In this document: one piece after another, positions 28,965-64,000 of the stretch
Numbering within the stretch: the stretch's first letter is position 1
Layout: the number at the start of each line of letters is the position of its first letter
Made by a program: the position numbers and the translations under genes
The notes under the pieces: generated by a model
Told to the model about the DNA's origin: nothing
Database searches by the model: none
The model's input: the letters and a program-made list of their open reading frames with translations, nothing else
Assembly: GCA_964016885.1 (NCBI GenBank)
Contig: OZ024762.1
Coordinates: 8,370,001-8,434,000, forward strand
Origin: Eledone cirrhosa
Lineage: Eukaryota
Direction: 5' to 3'
Length of the DNA: 64,000 nt

Positions 28965-29341
28965 TTTCATTTACATTCGCTTTTCCCTGCTTGCAAGGGT
29001 GGGACGGGAACTGATTCTGGCTTGATTTCTACAGCTGGATGCCCTTCCTATACACCAACCACATTTACAGTGAGTGCTGGGTGCTTTTTTTCTGTGGCAC
29101 TTACACGTCCACTTTACAGTGTGGCCTGGGTGCTTTTTTGCCGTGGCACCTCCATACCACTTTGCAGTGGAGTGATAGGGACCCCAGTCCCTATCATCTC
29201 ATTTCTACAGCTGAGTGAACTGGAGCAATGTGAAATAAAGTGTCTTGCTCAAGGAAACAGCACATCACACGGTCTGAGAATTGAACTCACAACCTTTTGA
29301 TTGCAAGGCCTATGCTCTAACCACTAAGCCATGTGCCTCCA
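28965..29341 (-). mobile_element. CORE-SINE family A, full length
   Basis: Same family; extra copy of the internal ~45-bp unit. Confidence 0.85.
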
Positions 29342-29574
29342 TATGCTTGGTTGTCACCGATCTGTCCAGCTCCTTTGACTGCCAGTATATCAAAAGAAAC
29401 CTGCATCTCCTATGTATATTCTCTGACAAGAACATGTTTTGGATTATGTCATACATCATGGCATCTCCGAACATGTTTTGGATTATGTCATACATCATGG
29501 CATCTCCGAAATATATGTAATAAAATAAATAGAGATGATCTAAAGTAACTATCATTCGTTTATTATTATATATG

Positions 29575-29608
<34 letters not shown>

Positions 29609-29726
29609 CATATAACAAAGAAAAAAGATACCAGGTGGACCATAATGCATCAGAGTACTCAACGTTCGGATCTAGCTGTTGAAACAGCTGGAGCTCAGCG
29701 GTTGGGGACCTGACTCTTTTCCTATA

Positions 29727-30260
29727 TATATTTATTAAAATAACAGATTAAAGTTTAAGCAAAGAATTGCTGCTTTCACCCTTAAGATCCCGTTAAGGGT
29801 GAAAGCAGTGATTCTTTGCTTAAACTTTAATCTGTTATTTTAATAAATATTTGCTCTATGGTTTTATATATTTTTATATATATTATCCTTATCAAGCCCT
29901 CTTCGGATTTTAGTCTTCGCATTTATCATTATTACTCTATGTTATACAGAAACATACATATAGTGTTATAGCTTACACACTCACATAGTGTTATAGTTTA
30001 CACTCTCACACACACATACATTAATCGATATATTGATAGTATTTACATTTATTGATTGAACTTTGATCTCCTCCTTCAAAACAATTGTAAACTAATAAAG
30101 ACTTCTTCAAGAATTTTGGTTGAATTTCTCTAATTATAACATCGATATTTACACTCTGCATATCTATCTAATGTTTGGCTTATCCATTGTTTTACCCTCT
30201 CTAAACACTCGTCTTACATCCTATACACATAGAACACATTGCCCTCCTTGTTATTGGCAT
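29727..30260 (-). mobile_element. Degenerate PLE 3' remnant with fold-back terminus
   Basis: Inverted repeat 29727-29850; weak frameshifted GIY-YIG-like reading (CIG..ERVKQW..KILEEVFI..KFNQ); terminus family recurs at 30610-30770 and 32395-32550. Confidence 0.4.
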
Positions 30261-31985
30261 TTAATTCTCACAAACTAATTTCTACTCTCTTGGATTGGAT
30301 TGGATTGTACACATACATATGATACATACGTTCCTACTCGTTACCAAGACTACCTAATGGCTAACAGCTTTTTGGTTTTCCATTTTCATTTTCGATTTTT
30401 TTTTTGTCTTCACTGGACATTCTTTCTGTTTCTCCTTTGTGATCCTGTCTCTATTTATACTCCTGAAGAAGGGCTTAAATCCAACACGTCAAACTTTCTT
30501 TCTTCTTTGCAATATAAAGCATGAAACTAATAAGACTTTTTGTACCTCTGTTTGTTGTCTCCTTGGACTGTATGTATATATATATATATTTATTTATTAT
30601 AAGAAACAGGAGTTTCAGAAGATCCCATATAGGGTGAAAGCAGCAATGCTTTGCTTAAACTTTAATCTGTTCTTGTAATAAATATTTGCTCTACAGGTTT
30701 ATATATATATATATATATATATATAATCCTTATCAAGCCCTCTTCGGATTTTAGTATTCACATTTATTATTACTATATATATATATATATAGTATATTTA
30801 GGTTATATTGGAGTTTACCAATATATATCCTGATAAAGATTATAGAAGCTCAATGCTAATCAGGGTCCTAAATTTTTCATATTACCCACTCTACTACCCA
30901 AGTATCGAGTACTCTGATGAGTAATGGTGTAACTGTTATTTTCCGCCTCCAATCTGATATATTTAAATATATATATATATATATATATATCTGATATATT
31001 TAAATATATATATATATATATATATATAATAATACTATTTATAGTTATGTATATAGTATAAACAACTATAAACAGGAAGGTCAGTAATTTCTTAATTACC
31101 TTATTACCAGTAAGAGAAATAGCTCAATGTATGAACATCAGTTGTTTTACAGAGCAGGAAAATAAATAATATATATATGTATGTAAAAGGGGAACAGAAA
31201 TAACAACACAATCAGTAGTACAGTATATGGAAGGAATATATTAGTTTTAGTTTAACGCTTGAAATAACAGGAAGAGTCTTAACGTTTTGGACACTAGTCC
31301 TTCAACAGAAGGAAGGATGAGAAATCAGAAAGATCGAAAGGATGGTCAGGGCGGAATCAGAAATTTTTTTAGACAAATAACAGGTCCATTCACGATGCCA
31401 TCTCTTATATTATCATCATCATCATCATCATACATCTGCATTTCCCTGCTTGCGAGGGTATATATTTGTAAAACATGTACATACATAATTTCAGAAAATA
31501 AATGCATACATATATTTTTATACACTGCCAAGATTTTGCAGTATTACTTGATTGAATGATCACAGTATATTACTGGTACCCATGTTAAACTAGGCACATT
31601 GCAACCTTTATAAGGGGAACATATGATAGATGATTGAAGCAATCCGGAGTATATTACAGGTACATGATAGAACCCTATCATTGAAACAATCATGTCTGTA
31701 TGTGTGTGAGTGTGTATATATATATATATATCATCATCATCATCATCGTTTAACATCCATCTTCCAGGCTAGCAAGGGTTTGGACAGGAGTTTTCCCACT
31801 TGAGGCAAGATTTGTTGTCCTGCTCGTATAGGACTGTCTGGCGGGTTTTCTACGGCTGGATTCCCTTCCTAACACCAACCACGTTTACAGTGTGGTCTGG
31901 GAGGTTTTTACCGTGTTAAGCAAAGGGAACTTGAACTGTTAAGGTCTGATTCCTGGGTATGTCACTATTTATAAAACAAACTTTG

Positions 31986-32046
31986 TATTTTATCTGATGA
32001 GAGCGTACCAACGTTTTAGTACCCTTGAAATATATATAATAGAATA
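31986..32046 (+). ncRNA. Minimal type I hammerhead, same family as 7914
   Basis: TATTTTAT-CTGATGA-GAGcGTAC..GTACcCTT-GAAA-TATATA-TA-ATAGAATA; stem II sequence differs but still pairs. Confidence 0.7.
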
Positions 32047-32123
32047 AATATGGTTTTATAAATATAGTTTCCATTTATTAATATCATTGATATATATATA
32101 TATAGTAATAATAATAAATTTGA

Positions 32124-32158
<35 letters not shown>

Positions 32159-32358
32159 TATATGAAAATAGTCAGGACCTCGACGGTTGAGCTCTGCTAA
32201 ACAGCTAGACCTGAAATGTTAGGATCTAGCTGTCGAAACAGCCAGAGCTCAGCCGTCGGGGTCCTGACTCTTTTCCTATTACCCACTCTCCTACTCTAGG
32301 TATTGAGTACTCTGGTGCGTTATGGTCCACCTGGTATCTTACCACACTTTCATTGTTT

Positions 32359-32395
<37 letters not shown>

Positions 32396-32549
32396 TTCAG
32401 AAGATCCCGTTAAGGGTGAAAGCAGCGATTCTTTGCTTAAACTTTAATCTGTTATATTAATAAATATTTGCTCTACGGTTCTTATATATTCGATATATAT
32501 TTTCCTTATCGAGCCCTCTTTGGATTTTAGTCTTCAATTTTATTATTAT

Positions 32550-32580
<31 letters not shown>

Positions 32581-32724
32581 ACTACATAATAAACAACACA
32601 ATATAAATATTTCATTAACTTCGGTAATGAAATAATTATACTGTGCTGTTTATTATGTAGTTTTTCACTCTCTTCGCAGGTGTTCTGGGAATGTAACCCC
32701 CGTGAATATCGGGGAACCACTATC

Positions 32725-32766
<42 letters not shown>

Positions 32767-33022
32767 TGTACACATATATATATATATGTACACACATCCA
32801 TACAGGGCCAACATGTTAGCAGGTTCAGGTATTTAGTATTGTACACCCATCACAGATATTTAAAGAACTCATCTAAAACATAATTGAGCAGAAAATGTCA
32901 TCTCTCACCCCCTTCCTCTCTTTATCTCTTTCTTTCTCCCTCTCTCTCTCTCTCATACACACCCACTACTCACCCATACACATATATATGTAGTCACACA
33001 CACACAATATATATATATTCAC

Positions 33023-33070
<48 letters not shown>

Positions 33071-33279
33071 TATATCGTATATATATAGATATATATATCA
33101 TCATCATCATTGTTTAACGTCCATCTTCCATGCTAGCATGGTACATATATATATATATATATATATATTCACGTATACCGATATATACATTATATATATA
33201 TATATATATATGTGTGTATATATATATAACTTTAATAATAATATTGCTATTATTGGATATAAACTTTACCAGAGGGTTT

Positions 33280-33318
<39 letters not shown>

Positions 33319-33869
33319 GCACATACATATGTATATATATATATATATATACACACATACATATGTGTATATATATATATATATACACATACATATGCAT
33401 ACATATGCATATATGTTTATATATATGTATGTATGTGTGAGTATATATATTACAACCTTCTTCCTTTCTCACTTACACACACACATACACACGTGCGTAT
33501 GTATATGTGTGTGCGTGTGTGTAAGAAGATCTGTTAGAGACCAGAACATCAGTGTGCTGTGTCTCAACCCCCACCCCACCACGGGTACCATCCTACACTC
33601 TGTAATAAAATGTCAGATATACAAGATGTATGCTTAATTTTAGAAGGAATCAAATCAGGGTGGGGTGGAGAGGTAGGTGCTTCCTTGGAGAGACAACCTA
33701 TCTATAGCAGCTGAAACAATGTAAGTATGTATGTATATGTATGTATATATATATATATATACATACATATGTATACATACATACATACTTACATGTACAT
33801 ATAGTATATCTATATATATATATATAGACACATATACATACATGTACATATCTATGCATATATATATAT

Positions 33870-33914
<45 letters not shown>

Positions 33915-34151
33915 TACATACATATATATATATAGATACATATATAGATACATGTACATACATATATATACATATATATATATATATACATATACATACA
34001 TATATATATATATATACATACATGTATATATATGTATGTATTTACATCCATATATATACATGAAGCATATTGTCTGACACTCTACCAATACTATATATAT
34101 ATACACACATACATACATATAATATATATTTATGTATGTATATATTATACA

Positions 34152-34220
<69 letters not shown>

Positions 34221-34625
34221 TACTTATTTACATAAATATTTCACATATATGATATCAAAATGAAAGAAAATATTGAACAGTCAATGTATCAATCGGTTGC
34301 ACACCACATGGGGTGTCAAACCCTCTCTCTAATACTTTTTGAAGCAAACGAACATGCTCACATCATTACCACATGTGTGTGTGTATGAGTATGAGTGTGT
34401 ACATGTTCATACAGACATTTACCTACCATCACCATCATTATCATCATCATAGAATAATTTTTGAAAATACAACAACAAAATATACAAAATTATAACCATA
34501 CTGACTATGATTGTCTTGACAACAGAATGAAATATTAAAACAACAACAACAACAACAATAATGTTCGATGTGTCACCCCAGTTAAGACCCTTATATAAAA
34601 ATTATTGGATATATATATATATATG

Positions 34626-34905
34626 TGGAGGCATGTGGCCTTGTGGTAAGGGTGTTGGACTTACTATCATACTGTTGTTAATTCAATTCCTGGGTTGCGT
34701 GTTGTGTTCTTGAGCAAAACACTTCATTTTACATTGCTCCAGTATACTCAGCTGAAAATGAGTAGCAACAATAGCTGGGGGTTTAACCCTGCGATGGACT
34801 GGCGTCCAGTCCAGGTTGGAGTCTTGTACTCTGAGTCGCTTCATGCCACGAAACCGGGATAAGCACTGGCCAAATGAGCCTTCTGGCTTAAGACAGACTT
34901 TTGAC
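34626..34905 (+). mobile_element. CORE-SINE family B
   Basis: Matches 150-427. Confidence 0.8.
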
Positions 34906-35481
34906 TTATATATATATATATGTCATCATCATCATAAACGTTTAACATCTATCTTCCACGCTAGCATGGGTTTAGACAGAAATTGTCCTACTTGAGGTAA
35001 GATTGGTCAGGTGACCATGTCTCGCTCGTATAGGGCTGTCTGGCAGGTTTTCTACGGCTGGATGCCCTTCCTAACACCAACCACGTTTACATATATATAT
35101 ATAATAAATTGACAGGACAAGCATGGGTTTCACTGCTAGTACCAGTTACATATATTTATATATAATAGAAAAAAACGAGCAAGTTTCGTTTACATATAAA
35201 AAATATTCATTGTGTATTGACCTGTTATGCATGTTTCTCATAAGATTGGCTCAAGGAGACAACACTCTGTCTGATATCACATAGGTAATACCTGAAGGTA
35301 TTCACATGTTGTGGAGTGCTTATACCTGATTACACCATTATCAGTCGATTGCTTGATCAACCAACACTGATTACTTGTAATTATATATATATATATAATT
35401 CATAGATGCATGCAATAGATAAAATGTATATACATATAAAACATATACATATATATATAAAACAGATATAATGTATGTATG

Positions 35482-35520
<39 letters not shown>

Positions 35521-35649
35521 TTATATTTGGGGAGGGTGATATTGCAAAACAAATTCATATATATCATCATCATCATTTTACGTCCGCTTTTCCCTGCTTG
35601 CAAGGGTGGGTTGGGTCCTATTCAGCACACCATTTCTCCACTTATCACA

Positions 35650-35698
<49 letters not shown>

Positions 35699-36260
35699 AA
35701 AATGTTAGACCCCGACGGCAGAGCCCAAGCTGTTTCAACGGCTTGAGCTCTGCCGTCGGGGTCTAACATTTTCCTATTACCCTAAGTATTGAGTACTCTG
35801 GTGCGTTATGGTCCATCTGGTTCCTTACCACACTTCCTTCGTTATATATATATATATATATAAAATAAATAAATAATTACAACAGTGACATAAACAGGTA
35901 CTCAAGTTTTGTTGGGTTCTGGGCCCCAATTTCTGCAGCCTATCTATATATTTATATATATATATATATATAAATAATATCACACAGGTGTAAATCATAT
36001 TAAGCAAAGTATATAAATATGAATACCAATAAAAAAGAGGGAAGTGGTGTGTGTGTGAGTGGGGCGGGGGCTGATGGAAGGGAGTAGGTGTGTGGAGGTG
36101 AAGTGGAAGGAAGTAGAGTGGAGTAGCGGGGTGGATGTGGAACGTAGTGGTGTTTAGAGGGGTAGCGGTGTTGAGTGGAAAAATATTTACTGAAATATGA
36201 GTGACTTGATGAAGTGGAACGATGAAACTTGAGTAGCGACTCTCACAAACACAGATTCCA

Positions 36261-36394
<134 letters not shown>

Positions 36395-36501
36395 ATATAT
36401 ATATATGATGTATTTCATCGTTCTCTGATGTTGTTATTTTATTTATCAACCCTAATATATGGGTGGAAAAGTAAGGGGAAAAGTAGCAATCCCCTCAAAT
36501 A

Positions 36502-37550
36502 TACGAGGGTGGGCTAGCTAACTATGAAGGAATGATGCTTGAGCTGTGAAATCTTGCATGTCATTAATTTCAACTCTTCTTATTAATAATTGCATTGTCT
36601 CTTTCCAGGGACTTTTTAAAAAAATAAACCACACTTGGTTATTCCATGAGAGTATCTTGGTCAACCTATATATATATGTGTGTGGGGGTGGGGGGTGGGG
36701 GTTTAGGTTGAAAAGTTCATAGGCTGACTATGAAGGAATGATGCTAGAACTGTGAAATCTTGGATGCATTAATTTCAGTTTTTCTTATTAATAACTTCAT
36801 TATCTCTTTCTAGGGTCTCTGTTGAAAAATAAACCTCATTTGGTTATTCTATGAGAGTAACTTGGTCAGCCTATATCGACAGTCGATTGACTTTCGTCAA
36901 ATTGGACCGAGGAAACAATGTTTCCATTGGTCTTTCCAATTGCTAATACTCTATCATTCGCAATATGAAATAAAGTGTCTTGCCCAAGGACATAACACAT
37001 TGCCTCGTCCAGGAATCGAACTTACAACCTCACGAGTTTTCATTTTTTTTTTATTTTACGTCCGCTTTTCCCTGCTTGCAAGGGTGGGATGGGAACTGAT
37101 TCTGGCTTGATTTCTACAGCTGGATGCCCTTCCTAACATCAACCTCATTTACAGTGAGTGGTGGGTGCTTTTTTTTCCGTGGCGCCAACACGTCCACTTT
37201 ACAGTGTGGCTGGGTGCTTTTTTGCCGTGGCACCTCCACGACCACTTTGGTAGTGGAATGATAGGGACCCCAGTCCCTATCATCTCATTTCTACAGCTGA
37301 TTGAACTGTAGAAATGAGATGATAGGGACTGGGGTCCCTATCATTCCACTGCAAAGTGTGAATCTAATTCTCTAACAACTCAGCCACGTGCCTTCAAAGG
37401 CTGACTATGAAAGAATGAAGCTAGAGCTATGAAATCTTGCATGCATTAATTTCAACTGTTTTTATTAATAACTGCATTGTCTCTTTCCAGGGGCTATGTT
37501 GAAAAATAAACCTCATTTGGTCATTCCATGAGAGTATCTTGGTCAACCAA
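36502..37550. mobile_element. Three degenerate copies of a mariner-like MITE segment, interrupted by SINE pieces
   Basis: tacgaggg start; ...tatgaaggaatgatgctagagctgtgaaatcttgcatg...ttggtcaacc repeated at ~36520, 36722, 37398. Confidence 0.45.
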
Positions 37551-38106
37551 CCCTCTATTTCTACCTTATCTGAAATTGCTATTTCATTTATCAACCCCAT
37601 GTGGAAAGATAAAGTTGACTTTGGTAGGATTTGAACTCTGAGTGCAGTTGGTTTGGTGTGGTGGGAAAGAGAGGGGTTGGGTGGACTGAGGAATAATAGA
37701 AATGTTTTAGTTCAAGACACTAATGACTTGACCGTTTTGTCCCCTTCTAATGAAAAGTTACAGGGGTTCACTTGAGTTAGGGACCACAAAATATAACAAC
37801 AATATAGAAACATGGCATATAGTAGGGGTCATAGTTGCAACATTTAACAAAGAATAGTGATGTTGGTGGTGATGATGATGATGATGATGATAATAATTGT
37901 TTCTACTTTTGGCACAAGGCCAGCAATTAACCAGTGCATTACTGGTACTTTATTTTATCGACCCCCGTAAGGATGAAAGGCAAAGTTAACCTCGGCGGGA
38001 TTTGAACTCTGAATGGCAAGGGCCGTAACTCTTACGTCAAAGCATGGTGACCATGGTTTCTGATTTAGGCACAAGGCCAGCAATCTGGGGGTAGGGGAAT
38101 GACGAT

Positions 38107-38427
38107 TAACCCTTTAGCATTTAAACTGACCGTATCCAGCGAGAACTCTCTCACCTGTTTCTGTTCAAACCCACTGTAACTGGCCACTCATATCTACATT
38201 AACCCTTTAGCATTAAAACCGGCTACATCCGGCCAGAATTCTCTCACATCTTTCTGTTCAAACTGGATGTAACTAGCCACTCATACTTATGTTAAGGTAT
38301 TGTTCTCAAAATAAATAATATTAAAATCACGTAGATTCGATATTATGTGAGATAATTATGTAAGATAAAGCCTTTACTGTGAAAATACAACAGTAAATAT
38401 AGAGTAATGTAAATGCTAAAGGGTTAA
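38107..38427. mobile_element. piggyBac-like MITE (TTAA-CCCTTTAGCATT ends), left end duplicated
   Basis: ttaaccctttagcattt ... aaatgctaaagggttaa; related copies at 12630-13030, 28092-28280, 40160-40354, 63740-63944. Confidence 0.7.
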
Positions 38428-39480
38428 ATTGACCCCAATGCATGACTGGTACTTTATTTTAGTCACCCTGATATATAGGATGGCACATTTGTCAATAAAA
38501 TTGACCCCAGTGCATGACTGGTACTTTATTTTAGTCACCCTGATATATAGGATGGCACATTGGTCAATAAAATTGACCCCAGTGCATGACTGGTACTTTA
38601 TTTTAGTCACCATGTTATATAGGATGGCACATTGGTCAATAAAATTGACCCCAGTGCATGACTGGTACTTTATTTTTGTCACCCTGATATATAGGATAGC
38701 AGGTTAGTCAATAAAATTGACCCCAGTGCATGACTGGTACTTTATTTTAGTCACTCTGATATATAGGATGGCACATTTGTCAATAAAATTGACCCCAGTG
38801 CATGACTGGTACTTTATTTTTGTCACCCTGATATATAGAATGGTAGGTTAGTCAATAAAATTGACCTCAGTGCATGACTGGTACTTTATTTGAGTCACCA
38901 TGATATATAGGATGGCAGGTTAGTCAATAAAATTGACCCCAGTGCATGACTGGTACTTTATTTTAGTCACCATGATATATAGAATGGCACATTTATCAAT
39001 AAAATTGACCCCAGTGCATGACTGGTACTTGATTTCAGTCACCATGATATATAGGATGGCAGGTTAGTCAATAAAATTGACCCCAGTGCGTGACTGGTAC
39101 TTTATTTTAGTCACCATGATATATAGAATGGCACATTTATCAATAAAATTGACCCCAGTGCATGACTGGTACTTGATTTCAGTCACCCTGATATATAGGA
39201 TGGCAGGTTAGTCAATAAAATTGACCCCAGTGCATGACTGGTACTTGATTTCAGTCACCCTGATATATAGGATGGCAGGTTAGTCAATAAAATTGACCCC
39301 AGTGCATGACTGGTACTTGATTTTAGTCACCCTGATATATAGGATGGCAGGTTAGTCAATAAAATTGACCCCAGTGCATGACTGGTACTTTATTTTAGTC
39401 ACCATGATATATAGGATGGCACATTGGTCAATAAAATTGACCCCAGTGCATGACTGGTACTTTATTTCAGTCACCCTGAT
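38425..39480. repeat. ~72-bp minisatellite derived from the SINE family C core
   Basis: aaattgaccccagtgcatgactggtactttattttagtcaccctgatatataggatggc units. Confidence 0.92.
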
Positions 39481-39589
39481 AAAAATAAAGGATGAAAGCA
39501 AATAATTCAGAACTTTTAAAAAAAAAAAACCCCAGCACAAAGCATTTTATATGATGGTGTCTGGGTTCTGCCAGTCTCTGGAATAATAA

Positions 39590-40100
39590 TAAGGGTTTCT
39601 GATATAGGCACAAAGGCAACAAGTGAAGTCAATTAAATCGACCCAGTGCATTACTGGTACTTTATTTTATCAACCCCGTAAAGGTGAAAGGCAAAGTTAA
39701 TCTCAGCAGGATTTGAACTCGTTAATGTTATGTAGTAGTTGTTTCTACTTTAGGCACAAGGCCAGCAATTTGAAGGGCGGGAGGGAAAGTCGATTAAATC
39801 GCTCCCAATGCATTACTGGTACTTTATTTTATCAACCCCGTAATAAGGGACATAAAGGGACGTAACTATATACTGCAAAGCATATTGTCCGACGCTCTAC
39901 CGATACTGCCAAATAATAATAATAATAATTATTATTATTTCTACTTTTGGCACAAGGCCAGCAATTAACCCAGTGTATTACTGGTCCTTTATTTTATCGA
40001 CCCCGTAAGGATGAAAGGTAAAGTTAACCCTGGCGGGATTTGAACTCAGACCATAAAGGACCGTAACTCTTTGCTGCAAAGCATGGCATCCGACTCTAAT
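39590..40100 (-). mobile_element. Cluster of three family C SINEs
   Basis: Head-to-tail copies separated by (AAT)n. Confidence 0.75.
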
Positions 40101-40856
40101 AATAATGATGAGGCATTTTTTTTTATAATCATATGAAATAGTTTAATATAAAAATAGATTTAACCCTTTAGCTTTTAAGGTCATATCCAGCCAGAGTTCT
40201 CTCACCTCATAACCGGCTGCACATATTTATGATAAGGTATTGTTCTCAAAATAAATGACATCAAAATCTCATAGATTCAATATTATGTGAGATAAAGCCT
40301 TTTCTGTGAAAATACAATAGTAAATATAGAGTAATGTGAATGCTAAATGTTTAAAAGTATCACTGAGTGCACATTGAGCAGTTGCATCTACCAGAATGCA
40401 TCACCAGCAAATGCAACTGTAGCAATTTAACCCTTCCTTATTCATAACAACCCACCAGAGACCACCACCTTTGACTATGATACAAAACTGTTTATTTTAA
40501 AGTGTTTATATTTTATGTAAAAAAAAAAACCTTTGTTAAGTTATGTTCTATAAAAAATAACTTAATGATGGTTTCTGATTTAGGCACAAGGTCGACAATT
40601 TTAGGGGAAGGGGAAAGTTGATTAAATCAACCCCAGTGCATTACTGCTACTTTATTTTATTGACCCCGTAAGGATGAAAGGCAAAGCTAACCTCGACGAG
40701 ATTTGAACTCAGAATGTAAAGCGATATAACTAAATGCCACAAAGCATGTTGTCTGGCGCTCTACCGATTCTGCCAATCCACAGCATCAATGAGAACTGAA
40801 TCCCTCCAAATTCTTGATTATTTTCAAAATTATTTGTAAATCATAGGCAGTGACTT

Positions 40857-41125
40857 TCATAGAAATATGGTAATGAAAGGGTTAAAGACATAGGATATGT
40901 CTTTCATTAGAAATATGGCAATGAAAGGGTTAAAGACATAGACAGTGTCTTTAATTAGAAATATGGCAATGAAAGGGTTAAAGACATAGACAGTGTCTTT
41001 CATTATAAATATGGCAATGAAAGGGTTAAAGACATAGACAGTGTCTTTCATTAGAAATATTGTAATGAAATGGTTGCTGACATAGACAGTATCTTTCATA
41101 AGAAATATGGTAATGAAAGGGTTTC
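40857..41125 (-). repeat. Same TTAACCCTTTC minisatellite family, opposite orientation
   Basis: agaaatatggcaatgaaagggttaaagacatagacagtgtctttcatt repeated. Confidence 0.9.
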
Positions 41126-41849
41126 ATCTAACAGAATTTGTTTTAGTAAACAGGGTGCACCCTGTGAAGTTGCACTAACCACAAGCTGTAAGTAGCAAGC
41201 AGAGTGCATTACTACCAGCAGTTGGTGCCTGCTACAGTGTGCATCTCTTCATCAATTCTATCTCATTAGTGCAGACACTGTCAGAAATGGCTGCACTAAT
41301 AACAGGCTTACACCTCCTGGTAACTGCATGCTACATTAGCAACACATACATCTGTCCAACGAATCATCTGCCTCCTTCATGCACCAGCTGTTTTGTTTTA
41401 GTACACCTCAAATATTCTGCACCCAGGTGTCCAAACATGTCAACCAAGAGAGCAAGGGACCACCCGAAGCCCTTGTACGCGCCACAGCAACTGTATAATA
41501 ACAGCTGTTGGCAACAATGCCGCCCATGTCCTACCACTACTCCTGCTACACAGCCCCTTCCTATAACACTGCCACTCTAGTGTTTAGGGATGTTCAGCAT
41601 GCTATCTCTTAGGTCCAATGTACCCCTTACATTTAAAAAAAATAATCTTTGTTTCCTCTCTCTCCCCCTGCCATACCCACAAAAAAAATAACCCAACAAC
41701 AACAAAAAAAAACGTCTGTTCTTAAATATTTAAATAAAAATAAAATAAAATAAAATTAAATGGGTCCAAAATATTGCCGAAGGGGATGTCACATGACATT
41801 ACAAAGGGTCTACATGAAAGTCGTGAGGGTGAGTAGCAGCCTGTAGCCT

Positions 41850-62902
<21,053 letters not shown>

Positions 62903-62954
62903 CTTGGGGAGAACAACAAAAAAGAGGAAATGTAGGATTAGCAATAACAACAAC

Positions 62955-63512
62955 AATTGTTTGTACATTTGGCACAAGGCCAGCAATTTGAAGGGAAGGT
63001 GGGAAAAAACGATTAAATCAACCCCAGTGTGTTTACTGGTACTTTATTCTATAAACGGCAAAGCTGACCTCAGCAGGATTTGAAATCAAATAATTGTTTC
63101 TACATTTGGCACAAGGCCAGCAATTATCCCAGTGTATTACTGGTACTTTATTTTATCGACCCCGTAAGGATGAAAGGCAAAGTTAACCTCGGCGGGATTT
63201 GAACTCAGGCCGTAAAGGGACGTAACTATGCTAGAAAGCATGGCGTCCAACCCTCTACCGATACTGCCAATCCATCAACTTTAATAATAATAATGGTTTC
63301 TGATTTAGGCACAAGGCCAACAATTTAGGGGTAAAGGAAAGTCAATTAAATCAACCCCAGTGCATTACTGGTACTTTATTTTATTGACCCCTGTAAGGAT
63401 GAAAGGCAAAGTTAACTTCGGTGGGATATGAACACACAACATAAAGGGTCATAACTCTATACTGCAAAGCATGTTGTCCGACGCTCTACTGATTACTGCC
63501 AATTCACCACCA
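62955..63512 (-). mobile_element. Cluster of three family C SINEs
   Basis: Head-to-tail copies. Confidence 0.75.
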
Positions 63513-64000
63513 TTAAAACACAAATAATAACAACTAGCTGACTCCATGGAAATTCCACTAACAATAAAAACTAAGACAGTAATTACTTTGACATATATTT
63601 GTTATTGTATCATTAATTATCGTTATAAATTATGCCAGTAATTTAATAGGTCCATGAAGGTGCATGGCTTAGTGGTTAGAGCATTGGGCTTGTAATCGAG
63701 AGGTTATTAAATGTTTCATTCTGTGCTTTATTAACTGTCATTCACATTACTCTATATATACTATTATATTTTCATGATAAATGCTTTATCTCACATAATT
63801 ATCTCACATAATATCGAATCTGTGAGATTTTGAAAGAATTTATTTTGAGAACAATACCTTAACATAAGTTTGAGTGACCAGTTACAGCCAGTTTCCATAG
63901 AAAAAGGTAGAGAATTCTGGCCGGTTTGAACATTAAAGGGTTAATATATATGCATTCCAGTGCCACAGACGAGATAACTCTCTTAACATGCTTGAACTCT

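Noticed and set aside
38425-39480. Regular repeats resembling a CRISPR array (also 8935-9530, 53474-54356)
   Set aside because: No unique spacers, no cas genes, eukaryotic intron-exon context.
41239-41580. 113-aa ORF in non-repetitive sequence
   Set aside because: No recognisable motif or ATG start; probably antisense to the INSC 3' UTR.

Overview
AT-rich, microsatellite-dense animal genomic DNA. The repeat repertoire (CORE- and Nin-type tRNA SINEs, RTE, CR1, Penelope) suggests a cephalopod, probably octopus; this is an inference. Two convergent spliced genes are present, both missing their 5' exons. MFSD1, a lysosomal MFS transporter, is on + (12 internal exons 1376-15446 plus two candidate last exons at 16711 and 17847). 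Inscuteable (INSC) is on - (11 exons 62902-41850, C-terminal PDZ-binding EENFV). Introns and the ~23 kb spacer hold a frameshifted CR1 LINE, a Penelope-like element (RT + GIY-YIG), an RTE LINE with a C4HC3 PHD finger after the RT, a DD37D (maT) mariner derivative, hAT/pogo/piggyBac MITEs and three SINE families. Many minisatellites are amplified from pieces of TEs or from splice junctions. The most notable signal is a set of minimal type I hammerhead ribozyme motifs from several families. One family forms a 205-bp tandem, retrozyme-like unit. A series of (TA)n-embedded fold-back elements have their symmetry axis in hammerhead stem II. Most ORFs in the track are microsatellite artefacts. All calls were made by eye; no searches or folding programs were run.
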